From: Bilabrum cf. latius
Taxonomy: Eukaryota
Assembly (NCBI GenBank): GCA_965178125.1
Contig: OZ237757.1
Location: 496,001-560,000, forward strand
Length of the DNA stretch: 64,000 nt
Reading direction: 5' to 3'
Part shown: in pieces, positions 1-10,629 of the stretch
How the letters are laid out: every line of letters begins with the position of its first letter
Numbering within the stretch: position 1 is the stretch's first letter
Translations under genes and position numbers: made by a program
The notes under the pieces: generated by a model
Database searches by the model: none
What the model saw: the letters and a program-made list of their open reading frames with translations, nothing else
Told to the model about the DNA's origin: nothing

Positions 1-134
1 GACAGCCTCCTGCCCACACAAACCAGGTCGCTGCTGGAGGCACTCGTCATTTCAAGCGTTTTCGAGGCGACTTTGATTGATCCAATCGCATGCAATATAC
101 AGCCAATATCGTGATTGTTGCTTCAAGCGCGGCA

Positions 135-1104
135 TCAGGGCTTCGCAGCATCGATGGCCTTCCTAATCTCCTCGGCGTGCGCAGCGCCCGCCGCGTCCGC
201 AGTGGCCTTGCCTTCCTCCTCACCGTGCTTCTCGGCATCCCCAGCATTCTTGGACACCTCGTCCACGCCACCCTTGGCCGTAGAGGCGTGCTCCTACCCG
301 GCCTCGTCGGCCGATTTCCCAGCCTCTTCCTCCGAGACGCCCCCTGCATCCTTGTCGTTAGACACCGTGATGTGGGTGCTCGTCTCGGTCACGTGCTCAC
401 CGTGCTCGTTTGTGTGAGTTTTCGTCTCAGTCTTAAGGTTCACGTGCTTCTTCTGCGCGCAGGGCACGTCGTCCTCGCACTTGAGCTGGCAGTCGGGCCG
501 CGGGCAGTCCGATGGCTTGTGGCAGCTCCACTCGCATTCCACGTCCTCGCACTTCACCTCGCACTTGGCTGACGGGATGGAAGGCACGGTGACGCCACAC
601 TTGGGAGGCTTGCACACGGTCTCGCATTGCGGGCAATCCTCTTTCTCGCACACGTCCTCCGGGCACTGGACCTCGCACGCGGGCTCCTCACTGCGATCCG
701 AGAGAGCAGGCGCAGCAACACGGCAAATGAAAATACGTGAGATGAACTAGATACGAGCGGGTAGTACATGTGCAAGTAGTACATGTGCAATGCTCTAGAC
801 TACTTACCAGCTCGTTTTCGTGGACAGTTCATGCTCTTCGCAAGTGGTTTGGCACTTGGGTGCCTTGCAGACCGGGTCGCATACCTGCATGAGCATGAAT
901 TGAACAAGGGTACGCGGAACTAGGCGCCTAAATGAATAACGCGCAATGGTATCCCGAATGGAAGCAGGTACAGAATCTCACCTGAGGGCATACTGGGTCT
1001 GTGCACTCCCATCGGCATACTGGGTGGCAAGACTCGTCAACTTCACCTTCCTATGCGTACGCAACGGACAAGAAAACGAAAGAAGCAACAGTAAGCAGCC
1101 TCAT
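135..1104 (-). CDS. Secreted cysteine-rich repeat protein, ~251 aa (exons 1104-982, 884-808, 690-135)
   Basis: The signal-like MRLLTVASFVFLSVAYA is followed by an in-frame TAG and then CHPVCRWECTDPVCPQ|VCDPVCKAPKC...CEWSCHKPSDCPRPDCQLKCE. Two GTRAG..CAG introns restore the frame. A second TAG lies at 294-296, and the acidic tail ends at TGA 135-137. Confidence 0.85.
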
Positions 1105-1251
1105 GGGGGCTACGCTGCAGCAATGTATTTGGCCCTGAGCTGGCTCAATTTAGTCAGATTCTGCTCGCAACATTCAAGCTGCATTCGTCACAGACAGAGC
1201 AGTTGCTGCAAAATTTCATTCGGAGTGTCCTGTTGATTACACGACGTTTCA

Positions 1252-2205
1252 ATGGCGTTATTTGACCGTAGCAGAGTTCGATTGCATCTTACATTTGAGC
1301 GACGTGCTGGGGGTACTTTGGTTGTTCCAGTCGTCACAGAAACTCCTAGAGAGGCATGGCCAAGGTTGAATCGATTGTCAAGTCTTGTGCTCGATCATGT
1401 ACGAGATCTCGTGTTGAAAAAGGGCCTAGATTTGCTTGGCTACGTTGGTTTAGAAGTTCGCGATGCAGGTCTTCGAAAGAAAGGGTAGGATGAGTTCTCG
1501 ACGTAGTTCGAGATGGACATTGAGATTGGGATTGGCAGCTCGTCATACCGCGTCCTCGAATTGGGCGGGGTTCGGGCGCAGACGGCCAGTCAACCTACAA
1601 CATCGGTCCAATCTGAGTAGCTGAAGGAAGGCGACGCCATAGCCTCCACCCTGCCTGCCATGCGCTCGTCTGAAGTGGCATTGCACCCTTTGATTGTGTC
1701 CATCCAGCCAAAGACAGGCATCCAAGCTGATCTGGCAAGAGAAGGCTATAGCGACCATCCATCATTGCCCAGTACTACATCGATCGGAGGCATTACACTA
1801 AGGAGTGCGGTGCCGGGGGCCGGTGCCTCCTTGCCGACAATGCCGTCGGCCGCCAGCCCAGACACAACTGGAGTGTCCCTGGGACATGCAGCTACTAGCA
1901 GCACTGCCAGCGGGCCCGGTACACCTGCATCATCATCATCATCATCATCATCATTATTTGCAGGATCATCGTCCTCATCATCGGTGCCACAGACAGTGCC
2001 TGCTAGCATGTCCAGTACGGGAGGAGGCAGAGGGGGTCGAGCGGTGAGCGAAGGCAGTGCCGGCGGCAAGGCAGCAGCACTGGGCAGCGGCACCGCCCCG
2101 GACCCAAAAAGCAAAGGTCCTGGGCAATCAGGCAAGCAAGATAGCAAAGGGCAGGAGCGAATGGGGGATTCGGATTCGGATTTCGAATCCTCTAGCCAGG
2201 ACTAA
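1252..2205 (+). CDS. Hypothetical protein, ~317 aa, with a Ser/Gly-rich C-terminus
   Basis: ORFs 1252..1488 and 1660..2205 share a frame and are joined through three TAGs. The frame ends at TAA. No recognisable domain. Confidence 0.65.
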
Positions 2206-2367
2206 TATCACTCGCAGGCTTGGAGATCTAGGACACGTGCATCCGCCGTGGCTAATAAGTTTGGGCCGACATAGCAGAAGACCAAACTCCACTACTACGC
2301 GTCGATCATACATCGTACACATGCTGGTGAAACCCCCTTGCCTGCCAGCCTGTCCCCGTGTTCCCGC

Positions 2368-3660
2368 TCACCTGCCACTGCCACCACCACGTCGCACGGT
2401 CCTGCCGAACTCATCCACCTCTGGCTCGGCCTCCCGCTGGTACCCGCCCCTGTCCCCACTACGGGGACCTCCGTGAAATCCGCCCATGGCAGCGGAGGAG
2501 GAGGAGGAGGAGGAGGAGGAGGAGGAAGAGCTGGTGCCAGCTCCCGGAGGTGGGGGCGGGGCACCGTACCCGTATCCAGGGCCAGCCACGGGGCCGCCGC
2601 TAGGGAAACGATGGTGACCCGCGCCGGCCGTGTTACCAGCCCACCCATCCCGCCTGCCACCCTCCCGACCAAATTCGGCTCCGGGTCCTGACCGGCTCGC
2701 CCCCACGCCGCCGAAGCTCCTCCGGAAATCCACTGCTGCTGGTCCCGGCAGCGATGCCGCTGCGGAAGCGGCAGGCGGGGGCGGGGGCCCTCTGCCATGC
2801 CCGGGCTCGGACCTGGGCATGTCTCGCCTAAAATCGAACTCGCCCCGCGCGGGTGGGGGTGGGCCCCCGGATAACCCCGGCCCCCCATGCGGGGGTCCCC
2901 CCATGGGCCTGGCACCGTACCCGTACCCAGGCCCACTCTATGGGGGCGGGTGAGGGGATGAAGATTCGGAAGCTAGCTTCGCCCTGAGATCATCGGCGGC
3001 CCCCGGTGTGCCCAAGGGGAGCGGGCCTGGTCGGCTGCTGGCGCCCATTGCCCCCATGGGAACCGACGGAAGCAGAGCACCACCTGCTGGCAACCTGTCC
3101 ATGGCTCGCGCGTCCGCCCCAAATGCTCGTCCAGCGGACGCCATATCCTCTGCTAAGGGATCTAATTCAACAGATCCCTCCGCACCTCCTGTACCGCCGA
3201 GCTGCGCGCGCGCAGTTGCGCCGCCAAATCCGCCGCGACCGGCGTCGAAGCCCTCGCGCAACTAGTCTCGCAACTGCAGACCACTCTCAGCCCGACCGAA
3301 TTCGCGACCCGGTCTGAAACCCTTATCCATTTCTACGCTTATACGCCTGCCATCTAGTGCTGCGCCTTGCAGGTGATTCACAGCCGCGATGGCTCCCGCT
3401 CTCTCAACAAACTCTGCGATACAGAAGCCGACCGCCTCTCCAGTCTCCCGATTCACCCCCATAACAATATGTTCAACTGCTCCACACGTTTCTAGGAGGT
3501 GCCGAATCTACGGCTCGCTGGTGGTAAACGCGAGATTTCCCACATACACCCAACAAGAACTCGCAGTCACTTTGTAGAAGTTAGCATCGGTTTTGTACCG
3601 CTTCTTGTCTTGAAAGTACGGTTTTGATACGTCAGAATCGTACTTCAAAAAGCATGCCAT
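2368..3660 (-). CDS. NCBP2: Nuclear cap-binding protein subunit 2 (CBP20) with a long Gly/Pro/Arg-rich tail, ~430 aa
   Basis: The RRM sequence VYVGNLAFTTSEP*IRHLL...IVMGVNR...GFCIAEF...LDGRRISVEMDKGFRPGREFGRAESGLQLRD*LREGFDAGRGGFG matches the CBP20 pattern. TAGs at 3508, 3262 and 2938 are in frame. Ends at TGA 2368-2370. Confidence 0.9.
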
Positions 3661-3813
3661 GCGGAAATATGTTACAAACGTGCAAGAAAGTGGACCGGCT
3701 AGAGCACCTCGACCACTTCTGGCTCCGAGCTGCGCTTGTCGGGCTGCAAGCGATGTTGATGAAGCCCCCAACCAGTGATGCAGATGCGTCCCACAAGCCC
3801 GTATGTTAACCCT

Positions 3814-5724
3814 TCAGCCGAAACCAGGGATGAACCTGCGCTTCGGGCGCGCGGGCGCCGGAGCCGGGGCCGGTGCAGGCGCGGGCGCGGGCGAAAACCC
3901 TGGCGCGGCCGGCTCGGGAGAAGGAGCTGGAGCTGGAGCTGGCGCCGGTGCCGGGCCGGCCTCGTCGTCGCTCGAGTCTCCGCCATCCCCGCCCAGGCCC
4001 TCCTCATCCGCCTCATCGTCATCGCTCGAGTCGCCGTCGTCGTCGTCGTGCCCGTGCCCGAAGGCGTGCCCACCGCCCACCCACTCGCCTCCCTTGCCGC
4101 TTCCTCCACCGGCACCGCCCGACGCGCCGCCACTGGCACCCGGCGCGGCAGACGGGTCATCATCATCGTACTCTTCATCGCTCGACTCGCCATCATCTTC
4201 ATCATCTTCTTCTTCGTCGTCGTCATCCTCGTCATCCGTGTCCTCCACGACCTCGATCAGACCGTGCCCCCCCCCTGTGGGACCCCCCCCAGCACCCCCT
4301 TTAGCTCCTGAGCTCCCGCCCCCACCGGACTCGTCATCACCACCAGCCTCCTTACCCCCGGCATCCCCCCCATCATCCTCACCACCGGCTCCGGACGAGC
4401 CCCCGCCGCTACCGCCGCTTGCTGCACCACCAGCCGCTGCACCTGCCGCCCCCGCCTCCCCATCCGCACTCGTCACAACGAAAGACGCCGGAGAGTCACC
4501 GAGCGCCAGCCCGCCGGCACCGACAGTCAGGTACTTCCCGCACGACATGGAGCACAGCTGCACGGTGCGACCAACCTGCAGCGGAACCAGGTCCCGGCTC
4601 TCCTCAGCGGCGCCCGCCCCGCCGGCACCGTGCACCGACACGATCCAGCGGCCGCAGAGACCGCGCATCGTGCGGCCAGCGGGCTTGAAATCGCCGCTGC
4701 GGGTGGCCCCTAGGTGCATTGCACGGCGGCTCGCGCCCTTGCCGTCGGCCCCTGCTTCGCGCTGCAGGCTCACCACGCCCTGCCCATGGTTCCACACGCG
4801 CAGCTGGGACTGCTCGTTGGCCTCGCCCGTGAAGCAGTACCCGGCATCGTCTGCGGAACCCTTGCGCTTGCCCTTCCCGGCGAAACCGACGAACTGGCCC
4901 GTGCTCGCCTCCTTGAGCGCGATGGGGACGGTGGTGCGAGCACCGCCGCGGCTCACACCGCGCTCGCTGTGGACGTAGAACCGTGCCCACTTGCCCTGCT
5001 TGCCCTTCACGTTCACGTCACCTCCTTTCGTGATGCGAAGGTAACGCCCGGTGCGAGTGCTCTCGAACAGGTAAATGCCTGCCTTGCGGATCTTGCCCTC
5101 GAAGCGGCGAGCAGGCGCCTTGGGTCCGTCGGCGCACCAGACCTGCGGTTAGATGTTCGACCGGTACGTAAGTAGGCTATGCACATCATAGGGTTCTAGG
5201 TTAGGGTTAGGGTTGTTATGCGTAAATGGTTCACAAATGCACTCACGCGCCAACGTGCCCGCTTGCCTGTGCCAGTCTTCGCGGGGGGCTTGATCGACCC
5301 ATCGTCTTTCGTTCCGACGTGGTGCTTATTGGTTCCTGCCTTGAAACCGAGTTCGATGGACTGCAGGCTCACGGTGCCATCTCCGTGGTACTCGATCTGC
5401 GAGTTAGGTAGGTGTAGCTTCAAAGATCGGTTGAACATTCTGTCGCGGGTAGTAGCTCGCGTCAACGTGCCAAATGAGCATCGAAACGCCAATAACTCAA
5501 TTCAGTGTCGGTATTGCAAATGTAGAAACGAAATATGACCCTTAAGTGTACAACAAAACATAGCTTACATGCAGATTGCACCACTTTCCGCCGTGCCCAG
5601 CGACCGCGTTGCCCGCGCCGTTGATTGCTAGCCACTGAGACCCTTTCCCCACATTCTGCAGCTTGATTGCGTCCGGCTATTGCACACCCCTGCCTTTGCG
5701 ACCAAATTTTCTGAACTTTGGCAT
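3814..5724 (-). CDS. Beta-trefoil (fascin-like) repeat protein with an acidic, Pro-Ala-rich tail, ~544 aa (exons 5724-5569, 5396-5247, 5142-3814)
   Basis: Repeated ~45-aa units (IKLQN..WLAI..GGKWCNLH; YLFES..GRYLRI..GKWARFYV; VQLCS..GKYLTV..ASFVV). Two phase-0 GTRAG..CTAAC..GCAG introns and one in-frame TAG. The fold assignment is an inference. Confidence 0.7.
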
Positions 5725-5875
5725 GATATCGTCAAATAAATGATGTGACACTCGGGGTCCGTGTCGCCGAGGCGTTCGATGTGCTATGTGATGATTGCGG
5801 AGAGAGCGGTCGCAACTTGTGGTCGCAGCTCGCTGGCATTGCTGAGCCCTGTTCACAAACCAAACAGAAGATCCT

Positions 5876-7924
5876 TCATCCCTCGGGCACGTGCTCCTTG
5901 GCACGGTTGTACTCTGCCTCCTTCTTGCTCTTCTGCCTGTACCTCGCCGACATTTCCGCCTGCCGCTGCCTCACCCTCCTCACGATGTCGTCACCAAACA
6001 CGAGGTCGGAGCCGAGCGCGATCCGTCGGAGCTTCTTCTCTTCACGGGGCAGCGTGAGGGAGTCTTGGATGGCGCGACGCACCTGCTCCCGCCTCGAGAG
6101 CGTGGCGGAAGCGATGCTTTCACTGGAGGAAATCACCCTGGCGCCCCCGCTGTCCTCCCCTGCTCCTTCCGCGGCATGGGACGCTCGCCCGTGCCCCTCG
6201 GTGGGTTTAACCTATTCTTCCCCTGTTGTCTTCTCCTCGTCCACCCCACCCTCCTCCTCGTCGTCCTCCTCGTCCATGTACCCGCCATCCCCGGGGGGAA
6301 GCAGGTCGCTCCTTGAGGGCTATACCACTATCTGCACATTAAAATTAAGCAGCAGGTCCCTCGTCACGTGAAAGGGCGCGTTCATGACCACCTCGTCCGC
6401 GTACCTGCAGGCCAGCACGCTCATGGTCCTCTCGTACTGGTTGAGCACCGGCCAGCCCCCGCCACGCAGCCGGTTGACAGTTTGGTCGTCGTACACTCCC
6501 ACCAGTACGAAGTCGCCGAGCTTCTTGCAGCGCCGCAACGTCTCGATATGGCCGGTGTTGAAGAGGTCCCAGCCGCCGGGCACGTACACAACCCTATCGC
6601 CGGGGCCGGGGGCCTTTCCGGTGGAGAACTGGGTGAACCTTCGGCTAGTGGGAAGGAACCGAACGGGCCCTTGCATGGCGGCGATCCGCCTCATCTGGCT
6701 TGACACGGAGCGGCTGCGCACCGGAGAGGGTGGTTCCATCCCTGCACCTGTCCCCGCGCCGCCGCCCGCACTTGCTTCTATCGCCAGCCCGCCGTCATGC
6801 ACCGGGCCTGGCTCGGCCTCCACGCCAGCAAACACTGGGGTCAGGTGCCCCGGCCCCAGGCCCGTCGCACCCTCAAAGTCACCGCCATCGTCCTCCTCAT
6901 CATCCTTGTCTCCAAGAGATACAATCGAGCCGGACCTTCCCGCGCCCACCCCCAGTGCGGGGAGGACTGGTGACCCGGGAGCAGAGCCGCCTTCCTCTCC
7001 CCCCATGGCACCAGACCCCGCATGGTGTGGTGTCCTCAGGTGGTGCTCAGTCGTCATCAGGAGCATCCTCCCGACAATGTCCGTGGTGCTGACCCCTTCC
7101 GTCCTCTTGATCATCCGGAATCGACCGAGAGACTTGGCGTAGGCATATGCGTCCTTCCCGTCGGCCGTGATGCAGGGGTCATCCCCGTGCACCACGTACT
7201 CGATGCCGTGTTCCCTGACGAGGTAGTCGACCCACTCCTGGGTGAGATCGTAGGGCGCATCCGGGATGACTTTGTCCACCCACTTGCAGGCCCTGAGTGC
7301 CTCTAGCCTCTCCTTGAAGGACATGACGGGGGCGCTCCCCTTGTTCTTGACGATGTCAGCGTCGCCGACCAAACCCACCACGAGCTCGTCGCCGACCGCA
7401 CGTGCCTAGCGAAGTGCATTCCTGTGACAAAGGCGGTACACATAGCATGCATGCAACGGGATGAAATGGGCTACAGGTGGCTGGGCGCGATATAGGCAGT
7501 TGCGGCCAAGTTCACAAGCAAGGTATCGGTCGGCTGGCTTTTCTCACGAATGCCCGTAATGCATCATGTCAAAACATCCATCGATATAGACTCTGCCCTT
7601 CCTGCCACTAGGAGTGCTCCTGCCTACCTCCGACCCAGAGTGCGGCCGTCCAACTTGCGAGGACGAAGCCCGCCTCCCTCTCCCAACGTTTGATCCCGTA
7701 CGCTTTCGGGCCGTGCCCCCAATATCAACATGTGGCTTATCAGCAGTCTAGTCCTTGCCAGTTCCGCTAGATAGAGCGGGTACAGCGTACTTAGAGACCA
7801 ATTTATACACGGCGAATCCAGTTGCTGCTAGTCCCACAACAGCAAGCACGTTCTTTGCGGTTTCGATCGCCCCTTCAGATATGCCTGTAACCGTAGATTT
7901 ACCTGATGATCCGTTATCTCCCAT
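5876..7924 (-). CDS. PCYT2: Ethanolamine-phosphate cytidylyltransferase (ECT/PCYT2); one intron at 7547-7422
   Basis: RVYIDGCFDMMHYGHS|NALR*ARAVGDELVVG, VVHGDD and KRTEGVSTTDIVGRML, a second CTase domain (VYVPGGWDLFNTGH...ERTMSVLACRYADEVV), and an N-terminal hydrophobic anchor. Four in-frame TAGs. Ends at TGA. Confidence 0.93.
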
Positions 7925-8104
7925 GGTAGCAGGATATCCAGGTCACGTTGAATCTAAAAAGATGCAGAACTGTTGACTGTTCGCTCAAAGACCGGAACCC
8001 TCGGCGGGCACCGCACCTCCGTGCCAGATGCCCACTTTAAACTTGGCAAGAATGATCGTGGTAGGATAACATCGACTAATTGGGCGACCTGTACACTCAT
8101 TGTC

Positions 8105-10486
8105 TCACTATCTCCCACTTTCATCCCATCCCTCCTGCCGCAGGCCCCTACGAGTGCTGCCTCTGGCTGCCCCATCCTCCCAATCGCCACCCCGCCGGCC
8201 TCGCTCTCGCCCATCATGGTCTTGCCCATGCTGTCGCCTATGGTCTCGCCGAGCGCTCCTACCTCCCGCCCCACGATGTCCACCTCCCTACTCAAAGCCC
8301 CTACCCCTGCCTCTTCCTTGCCTCTCACGGGAGAATGAACCCCCTCTCTCTCCACTTGCCTCGGCCTCATCCACATCCACATCCTCTTCTGTCGCAGAAC
8401 GAAGCAGCCGATCGAGGTCTGCGTCGCGACCGCCATCCAGATCCAGTGGAAGCGCGACCGAGGCATCACTCGTCACACCGCCGTTTCCTATCCGGACCTC
8501 GTTACGAGACCCGCTCAGCCGCCCGCCCACGCTCTGTGCAAATGCCGCCGCCGCCATCCCGATGCCCACCTCACTCGTCACACCATCGATCCCATCCCCG
8601 GACTGGCTCGATCCTTTGCTACCCTGCAGTGCCTCCGCAAGAGGTACCCACGCCGGCCGCGCCTCCCAACCGCTCGTCACACCCCTCAACCGCTCCAGCA
8701 CCTCGGTCAGCGCGCAGCTGTGCCCCTCCCCTGGCCTCTTGCCTTCCTCCACAGGACCGCCAAGGCCGCGCTCAAGGTGGCCAAACAGGGGTAACACTCC
8801 GGACCGCGGCACGCCCAGCTGGCCCACCAGCTTGTGTTCCCTCCGGAGAGCGCTAGTCCAGGCTTTCTTGGACATGCCGCCGGAGCCATGTGACGAGTGA
8901 CTGAAACCATGTGACGAGTGGCCTTGGTGTGACGGGTGCTCTTCTTTCTTGTGCCTTCGGCTGCCAGTGCCCCGCAGGGTAGGAGGCACCTCCACGTCCC
9001 TACCTGGCTGCAGCCTTGGCCAAACAGCTAGGCTGCTGGAGCTGCCGCGGCTAGCCGAATCGCCGCGCACAGAATCCCCACCGGGAGCCTCCCACACCGG
9101 GTCTACATCAAGCAAATGCGCCCGCGAAACCGCCCCGAGAGCCGCCTTGCTCCTCGCGGCCATCAGCGGGGATACCCTGCTGGCTGTGGAGGAGAAGGGG
9201 GCCCGCAGCACCTGCAGGGCGGAGGCACGGAGCTCAAGGAGACTGTTCCCCGCACCTCCGTGCAATGCACCCTGAGGGGATCCTGCCGCAAGGCCCTCCT
9301 CGCCCGCCCGCCGGAGTTGTTCCCTGGCATCTTGCCTGGAGGAGTCCTCCTCCACGATGTCCTGCAGCCTCAGTGTGCCGTCCTGCAGCACCCGCGCGTT
9401 CCGCCCGTGGGCGAACCGAAGCCTCTGCCAGCGATCCAGGTGCACTGCACTGTGATGCTAGGATCCACTCTGTATGCGCCCCGGTGATGAGTTGCTAGCC
9501 CCTACCCCCCTTTCTCCTTCCCCTTCTCCTTCTCCCCACTGCTGCTGCCGGCCCGTCTCAGAGGCCCGCCCCCCGGCACCCCCCGCCTCCCTCCTCCCCT
9601 GTCTGGGGAACAGCCCCCACTGCTCGTGAAATAGAGCAGACGCGGCCACCTGGTCCGGAGCATTTATGACTCCGGGCTGGTCCAGCGACACCCCCGCCGC
9701 ATCGCATGCCTCTCTCCAGTCTGCGGCGTGCCTCGCGCTGGCCTCCCAATCGCTCGGGGGCGCCAATCTGACGTCGTAGCGCCTGCCCGTGGGTGTGTCA
9801 AAGGCCACTCGTGCGGCGTGTAGCATTGTCACCGGCCATTCGTGACCCCCATATTTGTCATCTCCCACGATCGGGCAACCGAGCGCTCTGCACGTTGCGC
9901 GCAGCTGGTGCTGCCGACCGGTGACAAGCTGGAGGCGGAGGAGGCTGACCGCACCCATCGTGGGGTGCTCTCTAGATGCGAGAACCTCGAATTTGGTCTC
10001 TGCTTTCCGCACGCCGGAGCTTCGAAACGTGAATCTCTGCCCGTCGGGCGTCTTGCCGTAGCTGCCGGTGAGCACGCCCCGTTCGTGCAGAGGCCTGCCC
10101 GTCACGACTGCCAGGTATTCTTTCCGCATAAATCGGTGGCCCTACATCATACCCCTGGCAAATCGAAATGCATTCGGCGTCTTTGCGTATAGAATTAGCC
10201 CGGAGACCGGGCGATCGAGCCTGTGCAAGAGGCGAGGCATCGTACGCCAGCCATTCCTAACACCATGGTCGACAGCCCAGGCGTGCGTTGATCTATCGCC
10301 ATCTAGCGAATTCTAATCTTGAGATCCTGCGGTAGGCTAGCCGCGCGGTTTGCTGATAAAACAGAAATGGTCATCCTCCCAGACTACATGCGGCAACTGC
10401 GGCTGGGGAGCGCTTGAGAAGCCACGAATGATTCCACGACGGGGCAAAATACAAACAAATTGTCGTAGTCTAGATAGTCCTGACAT
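8105..10486 (-). CDS. RluA/RPUSD-family RNA pseudouridine synthase, possibly mitochondrial, with a long low-complexity C-terminal extension (~793 aa)
   Basis: Motifs WEDDHFCFISKPRG*PT, LHRLDRPVSGLILYAK, KEYLAVV, LVTGRQHQLR, LGCPIVGDDKYG and MLHAARV. The N-terminus is Arg/Ser-rich and presequence-like. Six in-frame TAGs; ends TAG-TGA. The extent of the C-terminal tail is less certain. Confidence 0.85.
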
Positions 10487-10629
10487 CCCCTTCGCACTGT
10501 AGCTTCACCAGGCTTGTTTGCCGGCCACCTATTCCGGAGCCACAACACAGTTGCCACGCATCGCAGTCCGGCAATTGCGGCGGTGTGCCCAGACTGTTCT
10601 CACTTCAAACTTATCAAAGAACCGATACA

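Noticed and set aside
1928-2526. (CAT)n and (GGA)n trinucleotide runs
   Set aside because: Ordinary poly-Ser coding tracts inside genes.
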